From Psammoneis japonica (taxonomy: Eukaryota): a stretch of 64,000 bases of DNA. The notes under the pieces were generated by a model, which saw only the letters and a program-made list of their open reading frames with translations, was not told the DNA's origin and did no database searches. Location of the stretch: positions 124,001 through 188,000 of the forward strand of contig QPGO01000031.1 of the NCBI GenBank assembly GCA_008632985.1. Direction: 5' to 3'. Both the position numbers and the translations under genes were made by a program. Positions 24,145 through 38,762 of this stretch are shown here, piece after piece; position 1 is the stretch's first letter; each line of letters starts with the position of its first letter.

Positions 24145-24533
24145 CAGCCATGCTCTTTTAGATGACAATGGAGCATCTTCACTCTTTCTTGCTGGTGTGC
24201 ATGTTGTCACTGCCACAAGTTCGCAGATGGAGGTCCCATGTGCTTGTTGCTCTTGCTTGCTGCTGTCGCTGCTCTGTCAGACAGAAGGGTCCCGGCCAGC
24301 TGCTGTCATTTCACCTGTCACTGGCGGCATTTTCTGCAGTTTGATCTTGATCTTAGAAGCGTTGGCTGCTTGAAAATGCCTCTTTCCAGACATTGTGAAC
24401 AATTCAAGCTGTGTTCTTGGTCAACTTGGCCGGAGCTGTCATGTCCACAGCATCTGCTGGGGAACCCGTGCAAGCATTTGACATCTGACAACTGCCCAGG
24501 ATCATCTCACTCAGTTGCAGAGGGTGTTGTTGT

Positions 24534-26374
24534 TGGAACATTGGGGTGAGAGGCAGTTTTCACAGGACAGACAGATGACTTTGCAGTGGGGGATGCACTG
24601 GTGATTGTGGATGATGTGGCAAACTTACGTTTGCAACTCGGGTTGAGCTGCAGGGCTTGTGCTCACTTTTTTAGCTTCTGCACCCAGTCAACATGGCAGT
24701 GGTGGCAACAGCAACAGAAATGCGTTTGCAGTTCATGAAGTGAGTTCAGGGATTGGTGAAGCTGAGTGTGTGCCAGTCAGCATGCCATGAAATCCCAACA
24801 CAAAAGCTGGAAAGGCTGGCTGGGAAGTCATCAAGAATCCAAAGGTGCAGCTCATGTCAGCGGATTGTTGCAAACAATCAGGTGGGATGAAGGCAAAGAA
24901 ACAATCTCTGGAGGGCATTGCTGTGAGGAACCTGTTGCTGATGGTTTGCTGAAAGAGGGTGTGGCAAGGTTGTGTTGGGCTGGGACAACTTGGGCAAGGA
25001 CACAACTGAGCAAGGAAGCACAAAGATTCAAGAAAGGAGTGGGTGTGTGATCTCAGCATTGCAGAGTTGAGATGACAGGCAGATGGTCACACAGCAACCA
25101 CAAAGCACACAAGTGAGCATGTTGGAAGAATGTTTGGGCTGGAGATGCAGGCGCTGGTGTCTCTGAGGCCGGAGAACAAACTGGAGGAGCTGGGGTTTCC
25201 ATTGGGCAGGCAACAAGGCATTGGAGAGAAGGACAAGGCAATCTGGATGGAGCAGTGCAATCACAGCATGAAACAGGGCATGATCCACAAGATGTGGAAA
25301 GGTGAAGGTGTTCAGCACAATTGTGGGAAAGTGCACAAAGGCTGTCCACCACAAGGTTGAAGGAGTGATGGAGTTCAAGGGGGTCACAAAGGAGTGGGGC
25401 AGTGCTGTTGGAGATTTTCCTTCAAGCCAATCCTGTTCAATGCAAACAAGAGAATCTGCTCTCATGTCCAGGTGGTGGCTGAGGCTTGGAAGCAGTTGGC
25501 TGGTGTGCTCATTCATCAAGATGAAGGAGAGATGCTTCAAGATTGTCACGGTTGGCTCGCGGGCATTGTTGGGATGGTGGAAGAAGGGTCCTGTGGCAGA
25601 CTCGCCCCAGAAGAAGTCACCAAGAAAGAAGATGGGTTCAACAAGAAAGAAAGAAAGAAAGAAAAAAAGAAAGAAAGAAAAAAAGAAAAAAGTTGTCAGC
25701 GGTGCTGCCAATGGAAGGCACCAAGGAACATCTTTGTGTCTCTTGAAAGACCTGCACAGGCAGTTTGTGCCAGGGATTGACAACTGCCCCAATTTGGCCA
25801 AGGAGACACACCACAGGTGTTGGAGACACACGCAGATCCAACAAGAAACCTGAGTGTGCAAGCTTTGCACAAAACAAGTGCCGAAAATGCAACAAGGTTG
25901 GGCGCGCAAAGCAGGGTTGTCCTTTGCTCAGTGATGATGGCAATCATTCATTGGCAGAGTCAAACAACAATGCGGGCCATGCAAGTCAGTGGAACAGTCA
26001 AAGTGGCACTGCTGGAGGATGGCATGGTTTCCAAGGTGTCATCCTCCTGTGCCAAATGCAACACACAAGGCCAATCTCAGCTGATGGCTTGTTCAAAGGA
26101 GTGTCATGGGACATTGGGGTGAGAAGCAGTTTTCACAGGAGAGACAAACAACATTGCAGTGAAGGGTGCGCTGACAATTGCAGATGATGTGGCAAATTCA
26201 TTTTCTCAGCTCGGGTTGAGTTGCAGGTCCTGTGCTCATTTTTGGCTTCTGCACTTGTCCAACATGGCAACAGCGGCAATGGCAACAGAAGAAATGTGTT
26301 TGCAATCCACAAGGTGAGTTCAGGGATCAGTGAGACCAAGCATTTGCCAGTTGGCAAGCTGCAAAATCCCAACA
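24534..26374 (+). repeat. About 270-bp diverged direct repeats (24534-24800 and 26107-26374)
   Basis: ACATTGGGGTGAGA.GCAGTTTTCACAGGA, CTCGGGTTGAG.TGCAGG, GTGAGTTCAGGGAT and AAATCCCAACA occur in both copies. Many differences are reciprocal TG vs CA. Confidence 0.75.
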
Positions 26375-27149
26375 GGTGCATGAGCCATTCATTGAATCTT
26401 TTGGATGGACCAAGGCAGGCATTGATTTGATTTGATTGTTGCCAGTGGTCATGCTGGCAAGCAAGTGTTGCTGCATCTGCTTTTGTTTTTGATGCCAAAA
26501 ACACTGCCAAAGAAGAAGCTTGTGCCTTTCTTCATTGTCTTCAGTGAGCACAGTGCCCAAGTCATTGCCATCTGCGTGGCACATTTCACACTGGACCTTG
26601 TTTGAAACATTTGCCATCATGTTTGATGCAGAAAAAACAAAGAAGTTGAGTGAAAAGTTCAGATGGCAATGAAAGGCATCAAATGAAGATGCCCTGCTTT
26701 GGGACCCACACTGCGCATGATCACAATGAGCCCACAGCAGACTCTCCAGGTGTTTCTTGCACTTGGTGTTAAATGTTGACACTGCTGCAGCTGACCCCAT
26801 GGTTGGCTTGAGCTGCATTGCACAATGTCTCAGCATTTTGGAAAGATGAAAAATTGATTTTGTGCATTGTGAGCATCATTGTCAAAAATCACAGCAGTGG
26901 TGGCACCATGCACAGATGTGCCCCCCCCCCCCCCCAACACAGCAAAATGACACTGCATGTTCATCACCTTGGCTCTTTGTTTGTTGCAATGGAGCTGGAA
27001 TGGAGGCAAGCTTTTTTCAAAGTGAGCTCATGTTGTCATCTCTTCCATTGTTGTTTGTTGTTCAATGCATTTTGTGTTGTGCATCGGCATCACACAGAAG
27101 CACTGATGCACGTTTTTTTGTGCATCAGCACCAATGCCTGCCTCTTTCT

Positions 27150-28900
27150 GATGTGCCCCAGGTGCCTGCATTCTGACCAGCATGCTTTGAAAATTGCTTC
27201 ACTGCATTTCCTGCAGCCATGCAAGGATGTGCAGCATCCTTTTCTCAAGGCAGTGCAACTTGCATCTGGCACATTCAATCTGGCCTTCCTGGTGCAATCA
27301 CAGCAATCCTTGCTGTGGTTGAATGTGTTTGCAGCTTTCTTGTCTTGCACAAGGTCTTCTTCCTGCACAGGCCTCTTTGTCCTTTCTTTCGTCAATGTGT
27401 CTTTCCATGTGTGAGGCCATGTTTGCAGAAAAAGCCTTCTCCACAGCTGCAAGGTGTGCATTTCTTCTGTCCCATTTTGGCTTTTTTGTGGGGTTGCACA
27501 TGATGTCTGCCCAATCCATGCCAGCACCTTTGTTGACACACTGCATCCCCAGGTCCATCATCCACTTGAACTTTCATCATGTTGACTTGGTGCTTTTGTG
27601 AAAGGGATGTCCTGTTGTTGCAAGCCTCTTTGTTGTCACTTTCATCATGTGAGTTTCCAAGTCCATGCAATGGCTCATGATGCAGAGGTGGCATCAATTT
27701 CCCTTCAAGCTGGTGGACCAGTCAGCAGTCTCCCTGTCTTCTCTGTCTGCAGCATGCATGAACTTGATGCAGTTGGGGATGACTGCATGTGATGAGACAG
27801 GAGGAACTTGGTTGTGCTCATTGTTGTCCCACCACAATGCTTTGCAATTCCCAGGTGCTGCACCCACCATGTGGTTGTGCAGCATGCCAACCTGTTTTCT
27901 GTCTTTCCAAGTTGTTGCCTGCACTGCAAACCTGGCCACATTGCTCTTCTTTCCTTGCACAGCTTTCTGAGCCCAGCACAACCACCCACAAGGCACCTTG
28001 GACAATGCTCCAGATGACAGTTTGTGGAAAGGGAAGCTGCTTGTGTGCATGTCATGCACCATCTTCATGAGCTCTTCTGACATGTGGAAATGGTTGGCAT
28101 GCAGCTTGTGTCCTTTTCCCAACAAAACCAGTTTGGGGTCCATGGCCAACAGCCTTGAAACAACTTGCAGCAGCAAGGCATCATCATTGTCCTTGCTGGT
28201 GCAGATGTAAAATGCATGGAGATGTCCAGTTTCTGCACAACACAGTGCCCGCACTTTTGTGCTGTGTTTGATTGGTTTGACAGGCATGCATTGAGCAAAC
28301 TTTACAGCCCTGCCATTGCAGAGAATCACAGACTCATCAACTGTTGGCTTCTCTCCAATCACCCACCCTCCCTGAGTCATTTGCCAACTTTGTTTGCAAA
28401 GGGGATCATCTTCTGCAATGGGTGCCATCTTGAGGTGCCGTGCTTTGGCAACTTTCTGTTGTTGATGAAGTGGATGAACCTTCAAATCTGTGCAAAGGCA
28501 CTTGAGAAACAGAGTTCTGAATCCATGGCAATGCCAAGTTGCAAGTTTCTATCCACAGAAGGTTTTGCCTGCCACTGGACTTTCATTGCAGCCAGAACAA
28601 ACAGAGCTTCAAACCAAGCAAGGAGGCACCCAGGAGTGACTGGAGCCCCAGGTTTTTTTGTCCTTGTGTTGCTTCCTCCTGTCAGAGTGGTGCTCATCTC
28701 ACATGGAGCCAATGCCCAGCTCTCCTCTTGGGCTCTCTTCCTCAAATTCTTCATCCCCAAGCTTGTCACCTGAGTTGCCACCTTTGCTGCTGCCAATGGA
28801 CCAGTCAGAAGAGCAGCAAGAGAAGAGACAGAGTCCTTGTCATGAGAAATTGTCCAAAAGCTCCCATGAGCTCCAAACAATGCCAGTGTCACTCAAATGA
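27150..28900 (-). mobile_element. Degenerate piggyBac-type DDD transposase
   Basis: TVDESVILCNGRAVKFAQCMPVKPIKH.TKV.ALCCAETGHLHAF.ICTSK, WKDRKQVGMLHN, VIPNCIKFMHAADREDR and a C-terminal Cys-rich domain match the piggyBac consensus with Tyr replaced by Cys/His. Confidence 0.85.
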
Positions 28901-29149
28901 GAGGCCTCATTGCTGGTTCCAGAGGTGCTCCTGCTGCTCTTGCTGCCACTGCTGTTGCATCCACTGGGGTCAAAAGCTGAGCCACCAAAGAGAGAGTTGC
29001 CATCATCCATGAACCAGCTCCTTTTGCCTTTCTCCAACAAGCAACTCCAAGTCCAGCTCCAACTCATCACAGTCAGCCCAGGACAAGGAAAAGGACATTT
29101 AGAACAGGGTTGGACTTTGCTGTCTCCACCCCCCCCCCCCCCCCACCCA

Positions 29150-31310
29150 ACAACCAGGCATCCTCTGGATGTTTCTTTTGATGCCAATGGTTGCAAGTTT
29201 GACAAGCGGGGCAGAGACATCAACGACTGTCAAGCAGCTGCCAAAATTCAAGCCAACATTGTTGGGATCTCTGAAGTGTGCTTGAACACCGCTCATTTTG
29301 ATGTTCTCTCAGTGTGTCAATCTGCTGTGTCAAATTTGCTGCTCCATGGTCATGGGACCCATTCTAGCAGCTCTGCCACCTTTGCTGCTCAGCACAAACC
29401 AGGAGGTGCAGCCATCATCTCGTGCAATTCTGTGTCCACCCAGTGCCATTTTCAGGAATTGGACCCACTTGGACGGTGGTCTGTTCAAGCCTTTGGTGGC
29501 CACAATGGACAGCAAGCAGTGTTTGTTTCCTGCTGCAGAGTTTGCACCAAGAATCAACATCAACCAGGAAAAATTATGACGTGTGCACAACAACTTTGCT
29601 CATTGAGGCAACAAGGCCACCAGGTCGTCAATCCATGCCAGGCCTTTTGCGTGGATTTGTCTTGCATCCTCCAAGATTTTCCAGCAGGGTCCAATCAAGA
29701 GGTTGTCATGTTTGGCAACTTCAATGCTGACTTCATGGTAGATGCTGATCCTTGTCTGCCCTGGCCCAGTGATTTAATCTTTCTGATGTCCTTTTCAACA
29801 TCAGGGGTGACACCAAATTTTCCACCTGCACACGTGGATCCAAATGCCTCTGCCATGTCCTTGCATCTCCAGGTGTCTCACATGTGCTGCTCATTTCGGA
29901 GGCTGTGAAGCTTTTGGTTGTTACATTGCTTCTGACCATCATGCCTGTTTTGTGGATCTCAACACTGTTGCCTTGATTGGGGACCCAGCTGTTGATCTTC
30001 CCAAATCCTGTTTTTGTGATGTCCAGGCATCATCTGAACCCCAAGTGACCACACACCTGCAGACTGTGGGCCCAATGATGCTTGAGAGTTGTTCTGTTCA
30101 GGAATGGTTTGCAAAGTCATTGGAACTTGATGCTCCCAATCATGCCTTGGCTAGATGGTTGGACCATGACATCCTGCAGTTCTCCCTGGTGCAGCTGCCA
30201 AGAAGTGTCATGTTCACCACAAACCAGATTGGTTGGTTGAACTTGCAGATCTGCCACACTGTGCACATGTGCTCACTTGAGTTGTTTCCATGATGCACAC
30301 TCAGCTGGACCATGTTGCTCAAATTAGAAGCATTTGAGAAAACCTTCACAGTTCTGTTGGTGTTCCAGAGACCTTGCAACAGGCAGCAGTGGCCAGTGCC
30401 ATCCATTGTAGATGGGAGATCTCTCAAAAGATTGCAGCACTCAACCCCAAAGGCACTGAGGCTTCTTGTAAGAAGGCTTCCATTTTGCTGAACATTTGGA
30501 AAGCAGAGGAACTGACCAAGCTTTTCAAGAAGATTGACCCATGCAATGCTCAGTGTGATGCCAGCATCAACAGTGTTCAGGTCCCTTGAAACCCTGGAAT
30601 TCACCCCAAGGAATGTCAAGACTGAGTCACTGTTGATGCTCCAAAAGATGCAGCTGCTGCACTCTGTCAGTGCAACCAGAAACCTTTTGGCCAAGCAAAA
30701 GGGATGCCTCCCACTGTGCTTCCTTTGTCTGTTGATTTGGGATGTGAAGGCAACACGATTGTGCCAGACCTCTTTCTTGATGGGGGGAAATGGCACCTTT
30801 GCCTTGAATGAAGCCATGCAACTTTTCATCCAACACCTGAAAAGGTGGTCCTCCATCTCTGCATCAACTTTGCTCTCTGAATCAGACTTGGAGGGAAAGA
30901 TCAAATGCTGGAAAGAGTCCACTTCCACTTCCATTGCTTGGGTCTCCACCTTGGTCACTGAAAGGTCATGTGTGCTCCTCACAGTCACTCCGACTCTGCC
31001 ACCTCCAACAGTGCCCATGCTGATGAAAGAAAAACCTTGGACAAAGTTCAACAGTTGCTTGTTTGCATCAGGCTGAATCTCTTGAATTGTGCTCTCCAAC
31101 GGGGACTCTCATTTGATTGCTGGAAAGATGTTGTGAATGTTGTGATCTTCAAAGAGCCAGGAAACAACAGGATTCACCGCCTCCGCATCATCCACATCTG
31201 CAAAGCTGATTTCCAACTTGTCTCAAGCATCAAGTGGTGTGCCCTGGTGCAAAATGTGGAGAAATGTCATTTGCACAATCCAGGTGTTTGTGGCACCCAT
31301 CCCAGTCATG
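29150..31310 (+). mobile_element. Degenerate non-LTR (LINE) retrotransposon, 5' part: APE endonuclease and start of RT
   Basis: APE motifs (D)ANG, IVGISE, KPGG, DPLGRWS, VSCCRV, FGNFNA and SDH. RT N-terminal block WKDVVNVVIFKEPGNNRIHRLRIIHICKADF. Confidence 0.8.
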
Positions 31311-31768
31311 AATCAAGTGCCAAGTCTGATTCATGGATGATGCTTCTGTTCATCAATCTCTGCTTCTGGAAGAACCGTTGAGTCTTCCAGTGACAGCAAT
31401 TGGAGTGACTCACATGACCGCCAGGTCAAAATGTCATTTCCAGTCAACCTTGACATCTTCTCACAATTCGCATCTTCAGCACAACTTGTTGTCCTTTGCT
31501 GTGATTGTCATCCTCTGCACTGCATTGCACAACCTCAAGAGAGGTGTCCTCCTTCATCATCTGTGTGGTTGGTTGTGTCTTGAGTGGTTGCAACCCCAGT
31601 GACACACTGGCGTCAACCTGCAACAGCATTGCTGCCACCCAATTGTCCCCTTCGATGTGACATCTCATCCTGCAGTGATCTCCTCCATGTCGCACTCTTT
31701 TGGCAATCTTTTGTGTCACAATCCCACCCTTTCAATTGATCTTCTGCATTGAATTCCCATCCAGAACC

Positions 31769-34700
31769 ATGTCTGGCGCTGATCCCACTGCTCCCAGAAT
31801 GGATCCAGAAGCATTCAAGAAGTTTGCTGAGGCTTTTGCAGCCATGCAAGCATCCAACGCATCTCCACCCATCCCAACACCTGTCTGTGGTGGATTGCAT
31901 CCCTCTTGCGGTGTGCATGCCTTGGCGGGTCTTCTTTGGATGACACCTGCAAACCAAAAAATGCTCACACCTGCCACTTTGCATCTCAGCATCATCATCC
32001 AAATGCCATTGAGTCCATCAAGCAATCTCTCCATGAACAACTTGCTTTGGCAACTGTTTTGAACTTCAACGGTCAAATCAAGCCATCCCATGGTCCAAGT
32101 GCCAAGTTGGATGAGGAAGACTTTGTCAAGACCATCTCTGCCAAGACCTTGTAAAGTTGCGTGGGCAGGAAACCTTCTGCCATTTCAAGAAATCTGATGG
32201 CAAGGTTGTGTGTGCCCATTCAACTGTCTCCATGCCATTTCTGTCAGTGACCTTGAGATGGAGTGCAAGTCCCGCAACGCTGCTTCTGGTGATGAAGGAT
32301 GTGATGATTGTGAGAAGGACAACATTGCTCTCTCTCAACTCCTGGTCAAGTCTCGCACCACGGAAACATTCCACAAGAAGATTGAAGTGAAGTTCAATCA
32401 CATCCAGGACTTCAAGGATCTTCTGGGGTCAGCATTGTTCATGATGGCCCTGGACACTTGCAACGCAAGTGCCCTTGTAGATGTCAAGCCTGCTGAGAAA
32501 AAGCTCAAGGTGCCATTGCTTGAGTCCCACCCTGGCAAGGATTGCACTGAGCTTGCAACCAAAGCTCTGCATCTGGTCAATGTCACAGGCTCTGCTGTTT
32601 TATCCAAGGTGTCCAAGACATCATCTGAGTTCTTCAACCATCAAGCATTTGTGAAAATGGACAACATCAAGAAGACAGAATGCAAGCACTGTCTCCATGA
32701 CCTGCCCGAAGTGCCGCACAACCTCAACTGCATGACCTCAGGCCCTGTTGGCCTTGTTGGCTGGATTGCCAAAACTCATGGTGAGCTTGTCAGTGATGAA
32801 GACTGGCCTGCCTTGGCTGCCAAACTCCCTGAGTCAAACAACGTGTCCACCAAGGACATGCAATGTTGTGGACGTGATGCATTTGGACACACCAAGTGCA
32901 CCTGCAGACATGGACAAGCCACCCAAGAAGAAGAAACCTGCCTGGCATTTTGTCAACAAAGGCCCCACCCTCACAGATGACAAAGGCACCCTCTGGAAAT
33001 GGTGCAACAAGTGCATCAACAAGGAAATGGGCAAGACAGGGATGCGCCAAAGCCACTCAAGTGAAGAACTTGTCAGCAAGCATTCTTCCACCTCTGACAC
33101 TGCTGCTTCGGCAAATCTGTCCACTGTGACTGACCTTTCTTTGGGTGCCCCATTTGGTCCCCCCAAGCAGACAACAGCTCCACCAACAGACAAGCCCTCA
33201 GATCCCAATGAACTTGTCTGTTGTGGTGTGTGGTGCACTTCTGTCAATGATTCTCTGAGTGGCCCTCCTGTGACCACTTCAGCATCTTTCACTCCTGCTG
33301 CTCTGATGGCTGAGAGGGAGACCACTGTGGCCAAACCTGCTCAAGTCTTGGTCAAGACAGTTGACCCTGAAGAAGCTGATGACTTCTGCAAGTGCTCCAA
33401 TGCTTTCTCCTTGATTGCCTTGGAACCACCAGCTGTTGAGCTGTTTCCAGCCTGTGCTTTGAATGAGATCAAGAATCCGGATGTGTTTGCCTCCATGATG
33501 CCATCTCAAGTCATGTGGAAGAAGGGCTGTCAGATGGCATGTCAGATGATCTTGTTTGCAAAGCAAGCAACCCATCTTTTGAAGATGCACATGAAACTTG
33601 CCTCCAAGCTTCCATTGTTGTGGGTTTGACTTCTGTGATCCAGAAACCCAAGACACTGTTGATTGTCAAGTCAAGGAAATGACCTTGAGCTCCCACCTTG
33701 AGCTCCTTTGGAACTTTTTCAAGCTTCAAATTTTCTGGCTGTTTGCCATGCTCTGGGAAATGGTGCCACACATGTGCTTTGCTCCTGTTCCCATCCCACC
33801 TTGTTGCATCCACGCAAGCAACTCATCCCAACCATTGACAGTTTCCCACCCACTTGGGTGGTGTTGACCAAGGCGATCATGGTCTGGGCATCTGTCTTCA
33901 ATGGGCAGGTGCCCACACATCCTTTCTCCAACGTCCCTGCTTGCTTTGCTTGTGCCAGCTTGCAGGTCTGTTTGATTGTTGAAGAGCCAGATGACAAGAT
34001 TGTGTTGGATGCGGGCAGTTTGGTTGAATGCAACAAAGTCAAGGCACATCAAGTGCTTGCCGAGTTTTGTGGCACGTGATCCAAAGCACTGCTTGAGCAA
34101 GTTTGCACAGCTCTGGGAGGACAAACGCTGTCCATCTGAGGGCTCTTGCATCCCTCCTGCTCTTGAAGACCCCAAATCCTTCTTTGACACCTGTGAAACA
34201 AAAGAAGCCCTTGGTCCATCATCAACTGAGCCAAGCTGCCACTTTGACACCATCGAAGGGCTGTCACCAGACTGTTTTCATTTCAATGACTTGTCCACCA
34301 AGAATGGCTTTGTTGATGCCACTGCTTGGCAAGACCCTGTCAATCTGCTCCAAGAGGCTGTAGATGGAACTGCAGCTCATCCTGCTCATGCCTCCATGCA
34401 GGTGTTGACTGGGAAAATCCCTTTGGAGTGACTTGACACTGACTCGAACTTGTTGTCAAAACAATGGCGCATCACATCCCTGAGGCTGGGCAACATCTCC
34501 TGTTGCCCCAGCACCCATTCAGCAAGAAGCATGGCATCTCAGGAAAGCATGAGGGAGATGAAGATTCATTTAAATTGCACATTGACGGTGCTGGCTCCAT
34601 TGAGGTTCCATGCACAGCAAATCACTTTGCCCGTTGCAATTGCCTCCAACAGCACTGCTCCAGCTCCTCAAGTCAACCTTGCCACACTGAATGAGGACAA

Positions 34701-36960
34701 TCAGAACCCAGCTGCTGGCCAGAAGTTGCTTTTGGAGTGGCACTCCAGGCATGGACACTTGAACCTGGCATGCATTTAAGGGCTGCTCCGCGCTGAGCCA
34801 TTTCTACAATCAAAATTCAAGCATGCATGAAAATGTGACCACCCACAGTGCAAAGCATGCAAACATGCAAAAGGGAATCAACGTTCCCTTGGTTCTGCCA
34901 AACACACCATGGTCCCAGATAAAAATGGAGCTCTGAAAGCCAATCATCTCCATCCAGGACAGGCCATCAGCGTGGATCATTTTGAGTCCCGCATCTTTGT
35001 TGGCCACGCCTCAGGGCACCTCCACATTGAACATCAACTTGATTTTTCTGCTGTGGAAATGATTTGAGCAAAGCAAGCATTTTGAGAAACATGCAATGGA
35101 CCATGGTGTGATTGCACAAGAGTTTCTTGCTGATTTGGGCGTGTTCAAGGCTGACTCTTTTGTGCAACACACATGACAACATGAGCAACGCATCCACTTC
35201 TGTGATGCAAAGCACAGCAGAATGTGGCATGCAGTTGGTCTCCAATGTGGCAAGAGCAGTGCTCCTCCATGGATTTGTTCATTGGGGGGGGGGGGGGGCA
35301 TTGACAGCTCCTCACAGCCTGTGGCTGCATCTCATGCCTCACACATGTGCAACATGACTCCCAATGCTCAATGCCATTGCCCTGCAGACATTTTCACTTG
35401 TTCAATGGATCCCCAACATTGTCTTTGCACCATCCACATCTGGGGGTGTCCAGTTTGTGCCCTTGAGCCCACACTTCAACAAAGCATGAAACTCCCCCAT
35501 TGGCAACCATGTTCCCATCGTGGCCTCTTTGTTGGTTTGAGCAATGATGTTTGCTCCAGCAAGGTGCCTCTTGTCCTCAATCTTCAGACTGGCAGCGTTG
35601 CTTCCAACCTCATGTCATTTTTGACAATCTCTTCACCACTGCACCATTGCTTGAGAGGGAGGGCAACCTGCCAAGTCACTGGGAAGAGTTGTGTCTGGAT
35701 CAATCCACCCAGATGCCCCCCTGAGAAAGGCCAAAATGTCTGTTCAATTGATGATTGGCTTGCTCTGGACAAACTGCAACATAAAAAGAGGGAGCCAGCT
35801 TGAGCTGCTTGCATCCAAACCACCTTCAAACTGCCCGCCAGTGTCACAACCGCCACCTGCTGTTGCTTCTCCCAAATCCACTCCTCTGACAATGCCGATG
35901 ATGCCAAAACCTCCTCCTGCCACTCTTCCAGAGGGAGCTTCTTTGCTGCGCCATTCAAGTCAATCAAACAAAGGAAAGATGCAGTCCAAAAGGGTTGTGG
36001 ATGAAGTCTTCTTTGCTCTGGTCGACCCAAAAGACAAGCCACATGGGACTGCAGCACAGTTGGTGCATCTGGCAACCCTGGACACCTGCATTGATTTGCA
36101 GACCTGGAATGTTGATGATCCCAGGGTGTGTGCAGCAACCAAGAAACAAAAGGACCCCAACATGCCATCCCAGCATGAAGCTGTGCACAGTCACCAGGCC
36201 AACAAATGGGTCAAGGCTGCAAAAATTGAGGTCAATGGGCTGCTCCACCGTCCTGCATGGGATGTGGCACCAAGGACCAATGACATGAATGCACCTCCAG
36301 GCATGTGGGCCTTCAAGCTTAAGAGACTCCCTGATGGTGCACCCTTGAAGTGCAAAGCCTGGCATTGTGTTCATGGCAATTTGCAGAAACAAAGTGTTGA
36401 TTTTTTTTTAGACCTGTGTGCCGGTCATGCAGTGGTTGTCAACTTGACTTCTCCTCACAATGGCACTCAAAGAAGGTTGGACCACTTGTCAATTTAACTG
36501 TGCTGCCGCCTTTTGCCAAGCCAAGATCAAGGAGAAAGTCCATGTTGAGCCTCCCAAATGTTTTCAGCCAAAATCAGGTGCCAACTTGGCACTGAAATCA
36601 TTGAAAGACCCACATGGACTCCACCAGTCTCCCAGCTGCTTCCATGAAAAGCTTTTCAGTGGATTGATTGAAAGAGGATGGATCCAGTCCACTGTTGACC
36701 CTTGTCTTCATTTTATGAAGGGGCATGCCATGTGTGGTGCATGTTGATGACACTGTGTTTGCCGGTGCCTCAGCAGAAGAACTTGAAGCCAAGATCGCCA
36801 AATTGGGCATCTCTGACAATGAGCAACATCATGTCTTTGACCTGTGCGACAAAGGCAAAGTCAGCAACTTTTCAGGTGTCAAGATCAACCAGGCCCAATT
36901 GAGAAAGTGCTGCACACCACCAAGATGGAAAACTGCAAAATGGAGCTCCTGCTCCTGCAC
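31769..36960 (+). mobile_element. Degenerate, internally deleted Ty1/copia element nested in the LINE
   Basis: gag-like start MSGADP. Integrase remnants LEWHSRHGH, PGQAISVDHFES and HIWGCPVCALEPTLQ..KLPHWQP.S.RGLFVG. RT remnant WAFKLKRLPDGAPLKCKA..CV.G.LQ, QSTVDPC and VVHVDD. Confidence 0.85.
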
Positions 36961-36989
36961 TCCCTGCACCCATTGGCAGCAATTCTGAA

Positions 36990-38650
36990 GGCCCACCATC
37001 CCCAGTTGAGATCATCACTGATGATGATGGAAAGTGGCAGTTTCTTCCTCATTGCTCAATGCCAACCTTGGAAACTCCTCCTCATCTCCCAGATTGCTTC
37101 CATGACTGACTGCAATCCTTGCCTCTTTGGGAGTCTGCATTGTTCTCTGACATTGCACTTCACATGTCCATTCATGAGTTGGTGGATTGCTTCGTTTCTG
37201 CCTGCCTGACAGCAGGCAGTGATGGGCCCATGCTTCTTCAGAGTGCCGCACTCGGCTGGACTGTCACCATGAATGGCAGACCATTGGTGGATTGTGCTGG
37301 ACCAGTTTTTGGATGATGCCTTCTTCCCACTGTGCAGAGGCCTGTGGATTTCTTTCCCTCATGAGATTTGTTTTTCGTTTCCTGGAATTCTGCACACTGT
37401 CATCACATGAAGGAGTTGACAACTGGTGCAACAACAAGGCTCTCGTTAGAGTTCTTTCCCATTTGTCAGACTGCCATGTCATTCCATTGACCTTTTGGTT
37501 CAAGCCCATTCCAAGAAGGATTTTAATTTGTGGCAGCATGGAGCCAATGTTTTGTCATCTGACTGGGACATCATCAATGAAATCTGCCAGACCTTCATGA
37601 CCATTGAATCCATCCTGCAGCCTTCTTCACCTGGACAGGCCCATGCCACAGAATGGGTGAAAGGACACCAGGACAGGCACACTTCAGTCAAGTCTCTTCC
37701 TTTAAATGCTGAGATCAGCGCATGTGCCGACAACCTGGCAGGACAATTTCAAGGCCTGTGTGAATCAGACGCAACCCAGGTTGTCCCCCTTTTCCTCATT
37801 GCCAGTCCCACCCATGCCTTCAAGATGGAGAGCCATCACTGCTGGACTCAAGTCTGCTGTTCTCTGTGCCACTGTGGCCTCTGCTCCACTGGATTGCATC
37901 AGGGAATGCAACGGATGGGACGATTCAATTGCCGACAAGACAGGCTGGCCCATTCACACCACTCTGGTGTGAAGTTTCTCAAAGACACACGTTTCCACTG
38001 TCAAGTTGATCCACGAGCTTCTTCCCATGAACAAGGTCACTCATCGGCACAACCCCGTGAGACCCCATCATTGTCTGCAATGCAAACATCCCATGGAGGA
38101 TCAGGGTCATGTCTTGTGATGCCCTGACAACAATGAAGCCTGGCATTGCAGATTTCTGCAAGGCCTCTGCAAGCACTGTGACATCATCGACTCGATGCCC
38201 CCTTTGCATGACCTGCTTTTGTCTGCAATGGAAGCTTGGTTTCAAGGTGCGATGACATGTGACATCAACATTGCCCCAATGCTTTGCCCCCTGTGAAGAG
38301 CCCAGTCAGACACAGGATGGCGTCAAGTGTTCAATGGTCATTTTTCTGCTCTGTGGAGCACTTTTCAAGAAACGCATTTTCACAAAACAGGGCTTCTGGA
38401 AAAGCATCGAAAGGAAAATTGCTCTCCTCCAGTGTGGGCAGTTCAAATGGACACCCATGTGCAAAGGGTCAAGTGGGTTTCATTTGCCACTTTTTCAGCT
38501 TGAATTTGGCCAAACAGCTTGTGACTTGTGTGTTTTTTCCTGAATTTCACCATGGCTCACCGTGGTGAAAACATCAAACCACACCAAGTCTGTGACAGAG
38601 GTGGTCCATCTTCCAACTCTCATCCACTTTGTGTTCATCGTGCATCAAAG
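36990..38650 (+). mobile_element. Degenerate LINE, 3' part (RNase H and zinc knuckle)
   Basis: GSDG..., SSHCAEACGFLS, WCNNKALV, SDWDIINEI, WVKGHQD and ADNLA are RNase H motifs typical of diatom LINE ORF2. Same strand as the 29.1-31.3 kb part. Confidence 0.75.
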
Positions 38651-38762
38651 GTCACATGCACACCAAAAAATGTTTGAGGACCGACCACTGCGTTTTGGAA
38701 TGTCAAGATTGCCATCATCGTCGTGCTTCGATCTCGGTGCCTGATGTTCTCGTTTTCGCGCG

